From contig NC_043015.1 of NCBI RefSeq assembly GCF_006345805.1, positions 5,394,001 to 5,458,000 of the forward strand: 64,000 nucleotides of DNA, written 5' to 3'. The DNA comes from Octopus sinensis (taxonomy: Eukaryota). The notes below the pieces were generated by a model. That model was not told the origin of the DNA. It was given only the letters and a program-made list of their open reading frames with translations, and did no database searches. Of this stretch, positions 40,066-54,155 are shown one piece after another (position 1 is the stretch's first letter; the number at the start of each line of letters is the position of its first letter). A program made the position numbers and the translations under genes.

Positions 40066-41137
40066 CAATTAAGGACACTACTTAATAAGGAAAACTTAAC
40101 AAGAAATTGTCAGGTAGATAGCGTAAAAACCTCATAAGAGAAAAAATTTCGAAAATAATTATTTCTTATTGAACATATTAATTTATATATAGAGGGCATT
40201 GTACATACATGCCAGGAGGCATTATACATACATGCATCCGGGTAAATGGCAAACTTTTACGAATTGCATTTCGGGAGAGGAAAAGTTTTTTCGGAATAAA
40301 AATTTAGCAATTAAGGACAACTACTTAATAAGGAAAACTTAACAAGAAATTGTCAGGTAGATAGCGTAAAAACCTCATAAGAGAAAAAATTTCGAAAATA
40401 ATTATTTCTTATTGAACATATTAATTTATATATAGAGGGCATTGTACATACATGCCAGGAGACATTATACATACATGCCAAACGCTGATGATTACGTAAG
40501 TATGAAATCACTGTGATACAGGTCTATATTTTTAAATGTCTTACTATGAAAAATTGCATTCGGTGGGATTAGTAATATTTTTGGTAGAAATGACTGATTG
40601 TCCCTCTTAGCGTTTGGCATGTATGTATAATGCCTCCTGACAGTATGTACAATGCCCTCTATATATAAATTAATATGTTCAAAAGAAATAATTATTTTCG
40701 AAATTTTTTCTCTTATGAGGTTTTTACGCTATCTACCTGACAATTTCTGTTAAGTTTTCTCTTATAAGTAGTTGTCCTTAATTGCTAAATTTTTATTCGA
40801 AAAACTTTTCCTCTCCCGAAATGCAATTCGTAAAAGTTTGCCATTTACCCGTATGTAATATATATAAACTCACCCATGTGCTTCGTTGATGTTGATCAGT
40901 TAGCTGATCGGCTTAAGCGAGGCAGGGTCGTTGTTTATTTATAATACATTCAGGCCTGCTGATGATTACGTAAGTATGAATCACTGTGATACAGGTCTAT
41001 ATTTTTAAATGTCTTACTATGAAAATTGCATTCGGGGGATTAGTAATATTGTTGGTAGAAATGACTGATTGTCCCTCTTAGCGTTTGGCATGTATGTATA
41101 ATGCCTCCTGGCATGTATGTACAATGCCCTCTATATA
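40063..41137. repeat. (TA)n-flanked complex tandem and inverted duplication with two hammerhead-like cores
   Basis: Direct repeat 40063-40235 / 40305-40478; inverted arms 40239-40486 / 40609-40851; 40484-40660 repeated at 40958-41137; CTGATGA cores at 40485 and 40959. Confidence 0.9.
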
Positions 41138-41196
41138 TATATATATAATATATATATACAAACACACACGCACCTATATATATTTATATAAGCAGT

Positions 41197-41645
41197 GTGC
41201 GATGTGTAAATTGTCACCCTTTTATATTTTCAACTTTGCTAACGCCCCTTGTTTGTTTCAAATTTAGTTGACTGAACAGTAGAGTAGGGTCAGTTGTGAA
41301 TCGTCTGTGAGAAAACAAGAGCACAATGATGCAATTCACTCTGCCAGAAATTTGGAAAAGACATGATGCGCTGCTTGACATTCGTGCAGGGACCTCCAAT
41401 ATGAAACATTCTTACTGTTTGTGTATCAATCTGAGAACTGTGCAATCCGATGACATGTACCTAGAGTAATAAATACTAAACATCCAGTCAACACCATGGG
41501 TTTTGAAGTGATCACTAGTGATGGCGTGGTTGTGCCTCCATTCATCTTCCCACACTGCCTCAGATTCAGCAAAGAGGCCTACGTCAAGTGCCTGGAGGAG
41601 GTAATGCTACCCTGGGTTAAATGTGTGGCTGCTGAAAGAACCTAT
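41197..41645 (+). mobile_element. DD37D/maT-type relic, second copy (left part)
   Basis: Same left end and same N-to-C junction as 14847; TKHPVNTMGFEVITSDG..VPPFIFPHCLRF..YVKCLEEVMLPWV. Confidence 0.8.
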
Positions 41646-43538
41646 AGTATATTTTGAAAAGAAAAGAAACTTATATAAATGCTTACGCTATACTGTTTTT
41701 ATACAAATATTTAACAATATATCAGTCTTATTATGAAGAGAAAGTTGATTCCTTTTTAGATATAACAAATTATTCTAACTAGTACAAGCTAAATTTGTTT
41801 CATAATTATTTCTCATCTACATTGCGATATTCCCCTCGTCTAAATATGTTAAAATTGCAACTCTGTGCCTAAATAAAACTTAGGAGAGTCTTCACCTTAA
41901 AATATTTGGTAAGAGGCAACGCTCTCTGAGGAAAAAAAAACTCCATGTCGAAGCAGCAAAACTGATGGTGTTAGAGGAAATTTCTCCGAGATTGAAGCTA
42001 AGTTTATAACGTCAGAATGTGATTCTAAACGTGCCCGATATTGTTCCTGTTATTTCTGAAAATAGAAATCTACAAAGCATTACCTAACAACAGATATTTA
42101 CTCTTCCACAATATTTAACATTTCTAACTTCCTTTTAATTTTGTCTGTATTAAATATGTTAAAAACGATTTAAGTAAATATTTCTTGCATTTAACAAGGT
42201 GCGAAGAACCCATAATTAGTTGAATAATTAAACAGTGTGAAAATCACAACTTTTTTCAACTTTCTCAGAGGTATTGATCATAGAAGTAAAGTTTTGTAGC
42301 TCTCTTGGATTATTGGGAAGAAATTAGTTTAACGGAATTCGCCAGACATCCTAGAGATATGAGAGAGTTAGTGTCCGTGCGTGTTAGTGCGTGCGTGTGT
42401 AGACGAGCAAGTCAGTGTTCCTTTTGAATGCACATAAATGCATTATCAACATATATTGCAGTAATCTGGTGGGTGTACAGCTAAATAACTAGCTTACTGA
42501 TGTCTTTTGCAGGTGCATGTGATAAGCTGAATACAGCACTAGATGATAACAAACATCGCGTTATAATGTTGAACGCAACAGATTTCATTTGCTTTATAAA
42601 CGTGGTTTTACGAAACTGAATTTCTCTCTTTCACTCTTTCTCTCTCTCTCTATCTCTATCTCTCTCTCTCTCTTTCCTTCTCTCTGTCTCTCATTTTCTT
42701 TTTTAGTCTTCCCCATATTATTCTGAGACGCTGACCCAACTCGGAGGCAAATCCCTCTCGGACATACTTCATGCGGATCATATCAAGTGATTTTGATCTT
42801 ATTTGATCATTCTCAGTAATTGATACGTGTCTGCTAGATATAGCGTTAATTTACTATCTCTTATGTTTGTAAGTAAAGTTTATGAATGTATTTTCGCCAA
42901 TTCCTTACATATTGCGATCATGAAAATTATTTGAACACAAGAAACTCTGTATGTACGGATTTTGTTTCTTTGTAAATAAAGTGTCTGCAACCGCTTAGGC
43001 AGTTGCACGACTGATAGCTTCTAAAAAAACTATCTAGTCGTATATAGATTTTCAAATGTGCGCTCTTCAATTAACATGTAACATTGAAATATAATTGGGA
43101 TATTCGTAGAAGTAATGGCTTTATCAATGTATTGTAGGCAGGCCTGGAAGAATAATTCTTTTATTCAAGTAGTCCCTTTATTTTAGATCGAAGCAGAAAT
43201 TTTCCGGTATGACTGCATTTCACAAAGATTTTTGATGAATCATTTAAAACTTATTTATACTTGCTAATTTTGGGATTACAGTCTTATGGGGATTAGGAAG
43301 TGTTATTTTTTTCTGTTTATGTAAGATTTTCTAGAATATTCCTGAGGTCAAATTTCATTTTGTTGTTTATTAAATCTTCCAACAATGATGGATCGATTAT
43401 GTTTACTTTTAGATTAAATTCCTTACTAAATTCCGATAAAACTTTAACCATTTTTATTTTTCAAGGGTTTTGCACTTTGGAGATTATTTTGTCCTCATGT
43501 GGGATTGCATCAGCGTTAACAGCAGAGATTAAATGGGT

Positions 43539-43762
43539 CTTTTTACTCTTTTACTTGTTTCAGTCATATGACTGTGGCCGTGCTGGAGCACCACCTTTAG
43601 TCGAGCACATCGACCCCAGGGCTTATTTTTTGTAAGGCTAGTACTTATTCTATCGGTCTCTTTTGGCGAACCGCTAACTCACGGGGATGTAAATATACCA
43701 GCATCAGTTATCAAGCGATGTTAGGAGCGCAAACGCAGACACACAAACACATACACACGCAT

Positions 43763-43827
<65 letters not shown>

Positions 43828-43994
43828 TACGACGGGCTTCTTTCAGTTCCGTCTACCAAATCCACTCACAAGGCTTTGGCCGGCTCGAGGCTAAAGTAGA
43901 AGACACTTACCCAAGTTGCCACGTAGTTGGACTGAACCCTAAACCATGTGGTCAGTAAGTAGGCTACTTACCACACAGCCACTCCTGCGCCTAT
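43539..43994 (-). mobile_element. SINE family A
   Basis: Full-length reverse-complement copy with internal microsatellite. Confidence 0.9.
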
Positions 43995-45171
43995 ACTTAC
44001 GTCGTCATTATAATTTTTTACACAAGGGATTATTTTGTTGTAGAAATGCATTGTGGTATTTGTTTACATTCTCGTCCAAATTGCGCCAATCTAAGTATAT
44101 AGTTTCAGACGTCCACCGTTGATAATAATGTACCATTTAAGGACTGGAGACGATGGTAATCACAAACTATCTCAACTCAAAACTGCTCTTCCTTTCTTGA
44201 ATTAAATAAATTATACATTTATTTTAATTACATTTGAATATGAACCATCACTGGTTAATGAATCCTATAAACGTTAACGTTAATTAATCATACTGCGGTA
44301 TTCACTTATAATTATGAACTATTTTATTAAGTAATATTTAATCAGCTCCGAAAACAGTTTTTCACAGAATCTAAATATTGTCAATTCCCATAGCAATTAT
44401 ATCATTAAATAAGCTATGATTATATCAATAACTTGATGAACAGCAACTCATGAGCTTGAGGCCCCAATTTAGATAGCTAAAAGGATACTAAAGCAATTCA
44501 TACAGAGATAATATGAGGAGAAATATTAATGCAGTTTAAATGCATTATACTTATCGGTTGTTTTATGTAAGACTGCATCTAAGATCTACATCCTACAAGT
44601 ACAACTTTGGTAGTCACACAGACTCTAGAATGTGCAGCGTAATTCGGTGAGCGTAAAAAGTCCGGAATTTAAAGCAGGAATTCATCTTACGTTATGAATG
44701 CAAAGAATTGCCAAGACATATAAGTTATTTCAAAGACGAAAACAATGAAAATTTCGAAACAGTGGTTGATACTGCACTTCCGCAACAATTATGCTAGCTG
44801 AAATTTATAAAGAAAGAGTAATGAGGAAAATATTTCATCCTCGCCGACAAAAGCAGACAAAAGCAAAAAGATCACAACTAATTGTGCTTTCATAAAAGTG
44901 ACTATGCTTTTTGAAGCTTGAATAGAAATGACGAAACAATCAAAACAAACGATAACACAAAAAAGCCGGAAGTCTGTAGGCCACCAACACGCACGCAGAG
45001 ATAATCATTGTGTTCCAGGAAAGATACGCACCCACATACGTGAGCGAGTCAGTATATACGTAGGAAAGTTTGTATACACATGCATTGTCAGAATATGCAT
45101 ACATAAATACAGGCACACACATATATATATACATACATATATATATATAAATAATATATATATATATATGT

Positions 45172-45203
<32 letters not shown>

Positions 45204-45256
45204 ATATATATATATATATATACATATACGTATTATATATATATATATATATATAT

Positions 45257-45326
<70 letters not shown>

Positions 45327-45758
45327 ATAATTTATAGCATGTGTATGTGGGAATACTTAGTGTTCTTAAGCACCTGTATTATACGCTTTCTGAAAAGAAT
45401 GTTTTATACTGGAAAATTTGGTATGCCTTAAGGAAACAGGAATAAATATTCTAAACAATATTTTGTGTAATGTTCTCTTTTGAACTGTTGATTTCCTAGC
45501 GAGAGTATCAAATTTTCACGCACGCACGCACACACACACGCACACACTCACTCACACGCGACACACATATACACATAAGCACTCACATGCAAACACTCAT
45601 ACTCACAAACGCACACTCCCCAAATTTATATTTCTCTAGGTATATAGAGAGACAGTAGTATGATACGAAATGTATATACGTATATGAACGTAATTTTGTA
45701 CATAGATATATATGCATATATACATAAATATACACACACGTACACACACACACACACA

Positions 45759-45822
<64 letters not shown>

Positions 45823-45994
45823 GTATGTACATTTGTATGTATGCATGTAATATATGGATGTATGTATGTATGCATGTATGTATGTATGTATGTAGTATGT
45901 ATATACATTAAGATTTGTTGACAGCTGTTTCACATTGTAGGTTAGTTGCAGAAACCACGCTACGTATGTAGCATTTGAATATGTATAGGTAGAG

Positions 45995-46008
45995 AGATAG
46001 CTAGATAA

Positions 46009-46098
<90 letters not shown>
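45995..46098. repeat. (GATA)n microsatellite
   Basis: Directly visible. Confidence 0.95.
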
Positions 46099-46877
46099 GC
46101 ATTTATATATCTGTCTCTCTCTCTCTATATATATACACATTTAAATGTAATTCTTCAGTAATACAAAGAAGGGACTATGCACCAGAACCATAAATTAAAA
46201 CATGAGATTGGTATAAAATAGCAAATATTCTCATGATACATTTAAAAGAACTGACGAAATGTATTTGTCGGAATTCTCCTTATGTAAATGCTAGATTTGC
46301 CATATACGGAATGTAATCAGAGTACAAGTACAGATTCAGAAATACCGTAAATTAAAAATAATAAAGAAGACCATCCTTATGATCCGATTAACGCAGTTTT
46401 CGCTGAACGTCTGCACTGTATCTAGAATTATATACCACATAATAACAATAAAAGATGCGATGCATGAATATATATGAAATAGAAAGAAAAATGAAAGGAA
46501 GAGCAGAAGGACAAAAACAAAGAAAGATAGTAAGTGTGAGCAACCTTATAAAAATTATGTGGGGAAAGAAATAGGATTAAAAAATGAACATGAAGAAAGG
46601 GGACTTGTTTTTTTATGTAGATAGGTTCTGTATCATCTGCATAGCTTGTGAAGGTGGCATTCAGTGTGGCTGATTCATATCTGAAAGGGTCACTATGAAA
46701 TGTAGTAGTGCCCTCAAAATAGTCCCGCGCGTGACACTTCTCAGTAAATGTTGGCCACTACTGCGTTATTTCTATCGTTACAGTAAGTCAGGTAGCCACT
46801 CTTCTAGATTTTCAACAAAATGTCGATATTATGCAGTTTGTGACTTACAATTCCGTGAATGACGTTATCGACATTAT

Positions 46878-47110
46878 GGAGGTGAGCTGGCAGAATCGTT
46901 AGCACGCCGGGCGAAATGCGTAGCCGTATTTCGTCTGCCGTTACGTTCTGAGTTCAAATTCCGCCGAGGTGGACTTTGTCTTTAATCCTTTCGGGGTCGA
47001 TAAATTAAGTACGTGTTTGGCACTGGGGTCGATGTAATCGACTTAATACCTATGTCTGTCCTTGTTTGTCCCCTCTATGTTTAGCTCGTTGTGGGTAATA
47101 AAGAAATAGG
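46878..47110 (+). mobile_element. SINE family B
   Basis: ggtgagctggcagaatcgttag (A box)... gagttcaaattcc (B box)... ggggtcgataaattaagtac. Confidence 0.9.
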
Positions 47111-47194
47111 TATATACATTTAAGTTGTTGAGCAACTTTTACGACTCCCAGTTATAATTCCTAAGTGCTGTGTGAGCTAGCTTCTTCCCCTGGT

Positions 47195-47422
47195 CAAAGA
47201 GGAAAAGGCACAAAAGTATATTCTGCAAGATGTATAATATCTATGTTACAGTGAGTGTTTTAAAATATAACCGGTTTCGATGTATCCATCTTATCATATA
47301 TATACATGCGTGGTTAACAGTTTGTATCCGTATTGTACTGCGTAGGGAAATTTTACTTAAGATTCACTTCTTAAATATATATCGTCTATGTATCTATGGA
47401 GTTTTGGATTGGTGTTCAAGAG
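47195..47422 (-). repeat. Dispersed repeat, inverted partner of 48505-48735, with degenerate hammerhead-like motif
   Basis: Shared taagatggatacatcgaaaccggttatattttaaa..cactcactgtaac. Confidence 0.75.
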
Positions 47423-47457
47423 TATAGCACCAAAAACAAACAAAAAAAAAACATATA

Positions 47458-47630
47458 TAGGCGTAGAATTAACTGTGTGGTAAATAGTTTGCTTACAAAC
47501 CACATGGTCCCAGGTTCAGTCCCACTGTGTGGCACCTTCGGCAAGTGATTTCTACTATAGCCTCGGGTCAACCAAAGACTTATGAGTGGATTTGGTAGAC
47601 GGAAAGTGAAAGAAGCCCGTCGTATGTATG

Positions 47631-47686
<56 letters not shown>

Positions 47687-47903
47687 TGTATGTCTGTATG
47701 TTTGTGTATCTGTGTTTTTCCCGCAACATGGCTTGACAACCTATGCTGGTATGATTACGTCCGCGTAACTTAGTGGTTCGGCAAAAGAAAACCGTTAGAA
47801 TAAATAACAGGCTTTCAAAGAAAAGGTCCTGGAGACGATTTGCTCGACTACAAGAGGTGCTCCAGCCTGACCACAGTCAAATGACTGAAACAAGTAAAAG
47901 AGT
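47458..47903 (+). mobile_element. SINE family A, diverged
   Basis: Colinear with 7731-8176. Confidence 0.9.
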
Positions 47904-48044
47904 ATGCGGACACGCGTACACCACTACAAATACACACACATACACAAAACAACACACACTAGAGAAAAGAAAACACACGAACACTAAATTATTTAAATAT
48001 TTTAAACCACAATATATTAACACTCAATATTAGTCAATGGATAA

Positions 48045-48082
<38 letters not shown>

Positions 48083-48208
48083 AACACACTCACATACACA
48101 AACACTACGATAACACACGTGCACAAAAGACACTCCCAAAAAACCAAAAGCACTCACTTATGCGCACCCACCACAATATACAAAACGTATTTCGAAATAA
48201 CAAAAATA

Positions 48209-48255
<47 letters not shown>

Positions 48256-48504
48256 CATACACATAGTCAAAGACAGACTCACACGCGCGTACCCACACAG
48301 CAAAGCAAATAGAAAATTATTCCTTCCAAATCTTCTGAATGCCCATCCTTTTAAAAAAACCACTTAACGAGAGGCCATAGAAAAACGAATGCAATAGAAA
48401 TGCTTTGACGATATATTCCAAACACACACACACACAGCTGGTCCTATCCTGAATAGAAACTCTCTATTCAATTCCAAAGACTTCCTTTCTATAGAATTCC
48501 TGAA

Positions 48505-48735
48505 ACTTGAACTCTTGAACCTCACCCCCAAACCTACATAGACAAAATGTATAGGAAAAGTGACTTGAAGTAAAATTTCACTATGCACTAAAACATGAGT
48601 ACAAACTGTTAACCCCACAAATTTTACTCTTTGACTGCCCCAAATCATTTTTTATATTTCATAAGATGGATACATCGAAACCGGTTATATTTTAAATCAC
48701 TCACTGTAACTTGGATATTTTGTGCCTTTTCTCCA
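48505..48735 (+). repeat. Dispersed repeat, partner of 47195-47422
   Basis: Reverse-complement similarity to 47195-47422 over about 230 bp with indels. Confidence 0.75.
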
Positions 48736-49069
48736 AATTTACAGTTTTATCCATAAATTTTAATTTGTATAGACTCTTAACACCTATTCATCTATGTATA
48801 CATCCTTGCTATATGTTAAAGTGTCATAGGTCGAAATTTGGCAAAATGCGTTTTTTACAATATATATATATATATTACATGCAGTGACCGGTTCTTTTGG
48901 TCAAACTATTGTGTTTCAGATGCCAATATATCAAAATTTGTCACAGTGTAGTATAACGATTTTGCTATGGAATGGTCAAACTAATTTTTCGTTATCTGAA
49001 AAAGCAACGTTTTGGACTTACGACACTTTTGCATAATAGCAACGATATATATATATATATATATATATA

Positions 49070-49478
49070 TAGGCGCAGGAGTGGCTGTGTTGTAAGTAGC
49101 TTGTTTACCAGCCACATTGTTCCGGGTTCAGTCCCACTGCGTGGCACCTTGGGCAAGTGTCTTCTTCTATAACCTCGGGCCGACCAAAGCCTTGTGAGTG
49201 GATTTGGTAGACGGAAACTAAAAGAAGCCCGTCGTATATATATGTATATATATATATGTGTGTGTGTGTGTTTGTATGTCTGTGTTTGTCCCCCTAGCAT
49301 TGCTTGACAACCGATGCTGGTGTGTTTACGTCCCCGTTACTTAGCGGTTCAGCAAAAAGAGACCGATAGAATAAGTACTGGGCTTACAACAGAGTAAGTC
49401 TCGGACTCGAGTTGCTCGATTAAAGGCGGCGCTCCAGCATGGTCGCAGTCAAATGACTGAAACAAGTAAAAGAGTAAA
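49070..49478 (+). mobile_element. SINE family A
   Basis: Full-length copy. Confidence 0.92.
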
Positions 49479-49664
49479 TAGTATATATATATATATATAT
49501 ATGTACATTGAATTTGCAGTGCAACAAATTTTCTAAATACAATTTGGATGCGTCGAATGTATTTCGTATTTTACAAACAGGAATGTAAATTTCGTACGCA
49601 ATATAGCCGTGGAAACAGTTGTGCGACTTTTTAATATATATATATAAATATATATATATATGTG

Positions 49665-49810
49665 AGGCTAGAGATGGGAGCGATGACCTCCCTCGTAAAT
49701 ACTAATCTGACACAAAACGTGTGCCGTTAGCCAGATGGAGGAGATATCTTCCTGGGGCTATAAATATCAGTAACATTGTCCTGTAGAGGACGCCACACTC
49801 ATTTGGCAAA
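49665..49810 (+). repeat. Diverged fragment of the 7132-7537 palindrome arm family
   Basis: tagagatggga...gttagccagatggaggagatatcttcctggggctataaa matches 7424-7520. Confidence 0.75.
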
Positions 49811-49884
49811 TATATGTTACGGATCCTTACTGCTACTCTTTATATCTCGAACAGAAATTTAATATAACATTCTCTCTGTTATAT

Positions 49885-50298
49885 ACTCTTTTTACTCTTT
49901 TACTTGTTTCAGTCATTTAACTGTGGTCATGCTGGAGCATCGCCTTTTTAGTCAAGCAAATCGATCCCAGGTGTTATTCTTTATAAGCCAAGTACTTATT
50001 CTATCGGTCTCTTTTGCCGAACCGCTAAGTTACGGGGACGTAAACACACCAGCATCGGTTGTCAAGCGATGTTGGGGCGGGGACAAACACAGACATGCAA
50101 ACATATACACATACACACATATATATATATATATATACATATATACGACGAGCTTCTTTCAGTTTCCGTCTACCAAATCGACTTACAAGGCTTTGTTCGG
50201 CCCGAGGCTATAGTAGAAGACACTTGCACAAGCTGCCACGCAGTGGGACTGGACCCGGAACCATGTGGTTCGTAAGCAAGCTACTTACCACACAGCCA

Positions 50299-50301
<3 letters not shown>
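49885..50301 (-). mobile_element. SINE family A
   Basis: Reverse-complement copy, tail-to-tail with 49070-49478. Confidence 0.92.
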
Positions 50302-50367
<66 letters not shown>

Positions 50368-50860
50368 CTTATATCTATATGTATGGTATGTAATGTATGT
50401 ATGTATGTATCAGTGTGTGTGTGAGTGTGCGTGCGCGCTATATACATGCATACATACGTTCCATCTATATTACTTGTCAGAAAAGGATGTCATTTCTTTT
50501 ATACTTCCAATAAAGTAATGCATTATAAAATGATTTATTTGCCACTGTATTCTTTACAAATGATGACGGATGAATTTAGATTTTCATATAATATATCACT
50601 TCCTGTGTGTCAAACATCTTCATACATCCAACTCTTTGGAATAATATAGGAAAGTGACTCACCGGGTTTCCTTTTATTTCCTTGTTTTGCTATTATCCTT
50701 GTTAATATTCAGGTCAATCGCTAGCTTAAAGACGATAGTGCGAGGGTTTTGATGTTATGATCATTTCTATACGTTTGATACCATCTTGGAGTACAAATAT
50801 CTCACCTCTCGTTCTCTTTCATGTGCTGATAACATCCTATTTTCGTTTATATATCGCATA

Positions 50861-51170
50861 TCACGTGATCACGTGACCGACCAGGCCATCAGAGGTTGCT
50901 ACACATCGCTGGTCACAATGCGCTTCGCATTGTTTTAGCCTTCAGAGGACGCTACCCCGCTGGCTAAGAGAGCAGGCCAACAGAAGAAAGAGTGAGAGAA
51001 AGTTGTGGTGAAAGAGTACAGCAGGGATAACCACCACCCCCTACCGGAGCATCGTGGTGCTTTAGGTGTTTTCGCTCAATAAACACTCACAACGCACGGT
51101 CTGGGTATCGAAACCACGATCCTACGACCGCAAGTCCGCTGCGCTAAACACTGGGCCATTGCGCCTCCAC
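50861..51170 (-). mobile_element. SINE family C, full length, with 10-11-bp target-site duplication
   Basis: atatcgcata at 50851-50860 and 51171-51180; minus head gtggaggcgcaatggcccagtg...ggtttcgatacc. Confidence 0.9.
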
Positions 51171-52439
51171 ATATCGCATATATTATATATTATTTAGTGT
51201 TCGTGTTCATAGGCATTTTAAAACGAATCATATTGTAGCATCCAAACTATTAGTAGAAAAATATTCAATGGTTGATTGTAGGATGAAAAACTATTGTTAG
51301 CCGTTCAGATACGCACAAGGCCCCTCAATTTCCCTTAAACATTCATTGACGTAAATTTTCTTCGCTCGAAACTGCGACCTTCTTAATACAAAATTCTTTT
51401 AACTGCAACAGCTGCTTTGTCAGTGAGCAGATCGCTGTTTCCAGCATCAAATAATTTGATACAATATTAAAAATATGTGTAAGTGAAAAAAACGGCCTTT
51501 GTGCGTTTCCAGATTGTTAACTTATGTCTACTTCGTTGCAATCGATTTTTCTTCGATACCTGATCTCACAGTAAAACACTTGCTATGCATGTACATCTAC
51601 CTAATCATCATTCCTCAGTATTGCATCTCGAACATTCTAGCAGTTATACGAAGGAGACATATGTCTCTGCAAATGTATCAATCAATTTTGTCTCATCTGA
51701 ATTGTAGTGTGTTGATGCCCACCATACTCTTCCAAAATTCACTCTATCTCCAAATATGGACAAGAACGGTGGTGAATAACTCTAGAAAGATTGTCTGGCC
51801 GCGTTTTCAGGCCTTAACTGGAATGCAATATGCTCTTGAAATTTGAGTCACCAAATTAGCGTTACACTATTACGGAATCCATCAAAATGAAACACAAGAA
51901 GAAAGCTTTTCCTTGATAATTTGGTATCGAGAGAATATAAGCCAACATATGTTGCAAAAGCAACAAGAATAATAAAAGTGATAGTAAAAGCAGTATAAAC
52001 GAAATCTATAAACATAATGAGCAAGAAGCAGTGAGGTAGGATACACTGATGGATACTTAAGGGGTAACAAAATGCTTATCATATAACACAGAGATAAGCT
52101 ATAACATTCGTAACAGAGTCACCATAAACACAAAATATACTTGCTCTCCATGGACAAGTTTGGTAGATGCAAGAAACATAAATATAGCTGTTCACATGTT
52201 CTGCAATCAAGGAAGATTAAATATAATCACTATTGAAACGATGTCTCATTTGCTTTTAAGAACACAATTTATACGTGAACCCTTTAATGGTTCTTACATT
52301 CTTCTTTTCGTCTGTGCCTCTATATCAACTAGTGCTGCTACTGACGTTGAATCGAGCGATGACAGCTCATCGGTGATTTAATTAAGCTGAGAAAAATATT
52401 CCAGAAATACCTGGACCCTATAATCAGCTTTCAAAATAA

Positions 52440-52980
52440 ATGTGGGCAGTAAGAAAAAAACCCGATGCCTTTGCTTAGGCCACTACAGTTTTGACACGGT
52501 TAAACCCTAAATATGCATGCCCCCATCATATATCATATGCCAAAACATGAAATGGCATTTAACCTCATAAATGAATAAAGAGGAGACATTCATGGGAAGA
52601 TCAAAGACACCATTTGCATTTTAACATTGTCAGGATTTCCTCCCATTTAAAAAAACTTTTGCTAAATAGAACTAAGCCCAATGCATCCGATTATGATACA
52701 GAATATTTGCTTGCTTGCAATAATGTCAGTCAACCGTGAAAGACATTTCTCGAGGGCAAAGCAGAAGTGATTATACGGATAGATTAAAAAAGGCTGCAAA
52801 TCCCTTAAATATAAAAACAAATACAGAAGAGTCAAACTATAATGGCGTTGGACATAGATTTTCTCGTTCAAGCCTGACCTGGTCTCAACAACGACGAAAA
52901 CAAAACAACATCAAGAACCATAACAACATAAAACAGACACCAATACCAACAAGCAAAACAGCTGCAACATTAGCGACTAC
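52440..52980 (+). repeat. Unclassified about 540-bp repeat, inverted partner of 55170-55685
   Basis: Shared blocks aatatttgcttgcttgca, aaaaaggctgcaaatccc, ttggacatag.ttttctc.ttcaagcctgac. Confidence 0.75.
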
Positions 52981-53110
52981 ATCCACCCTTTCCTTCTGCT
53001 TTAATCGTGAATGAAACTAATAGATATGGCTTCAACGGTTTTAGATTCTATCATATGGACTGTCATCAGATATTCAACAACGCTTGTATGTCATTATTAA
53101 CTTAATTGTA

Positions 53111-53330
53111 AAGGCGGCGAGCTGGCAGAATCGTTATCACGCCGGGGTTAATGCTTAGTGGTATATCTCCCGTTAGTACGTTCTGAGGTCAAGTACCGCC
53201 CAGGTCGACTTTGCCTTTCATCATTTCGGTGACGATAAATTAAGTACTAGTTGAGAACTTCGCTCGATGTAATCGACTTAACCCCTCCCCACAAATGTCA
53301 GGCCTTGTGCCTATAGTAGAAAGGATTATT
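53111..53330 (+). mobile_element. SINE family B, diverged
   Basis: Aligns to 46878 copy in head and middle. Confidence 0.85.
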
Positions 53331-53788
53331 AATTTAGTTATCCAATGAGGAGAGATACCAAAATCGCTGGAGCGTCGGAAGCTGCAAAGCGGTTTTCTTC
53401 CTAGTTTATTACGTTGATTTCGATATCTCGCAGATTCCAAATTTACCTGTTATGTTTTGGAAGCGATGTAAGAGGATACCACAGGGTCCGATGTCATGTA
53501 GTAGTAGTTGTAGTATGTGAGCGTGCACTGTGATAGTTTACTACTGCATCTACTCGTACCATATGCCGGTGTTTCCTTAATACTACTAGCGAATGATGCT
53601 TTTCGAGTCTGAGAAGGCAACCTCCAACCCTTGGGTTTGTTTGCGTAGTCACATCTAGTGAAGTTTTTTACGAGGTCAGAATGCAAATTTGACATCAACC
53701 ACTTTTAGTCGCCCTTTACGAAATGTTGGCTCTATTCTTTGACATGCCTACATCCATTCAGTACCTATATTAGAAACAAACGTTTACC

Positions 53789-54155
53789 CTTTTTACTCTT
53801 TTACTTGTTTCAGTCGAGCACATCGACACCAGAACTTATTCTTTTGTAAGCCTAGTACTTATTCTATCGGTCTCTTTTTGCCGAACCGCTTAGTTACGGG
53901 GATGTAAACACACCAGCATCGGTTATCAAGCGATGTTGGGGGGACAAACACAGAAACACATATATATATATATATATATATACATATATACGACGGGCTT
54001 CAATCAGTTTCCGTCTACCAAATCCACTCACAAGGCTTTGGTCGACCTGAGGCTATAGTAGAAGACATTTGCCCAAGGTACCACGCAGTGGGACTGAACG
54101 CAGAACCATGTGGTTGATAAGCAAGCTACTTACCACACAGCCACTCCTGCGCCTA
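53789..54155 (-). mobile_element. SINE family A
   Basis: Reverse-complement copy. Confidence 0.9.

Noticed and set aside
42513-42620. Good-looking splice acceptor (ctgat...ttttgcag) followed by a 34-codon open frame
   Set aside because: No recognisable domain, no convincing donor and no partner exons; expected by chance in 64 kb.
46252-46280. CTGACGA...GAATT
   Set aside because: No GAAA and no stems in the hammerhead register.
52288-52385. Minus-strand acceptor/donor pair (ttctcag ... gtaaga)
   Set aside because: All three frames contain stops; no coding support.
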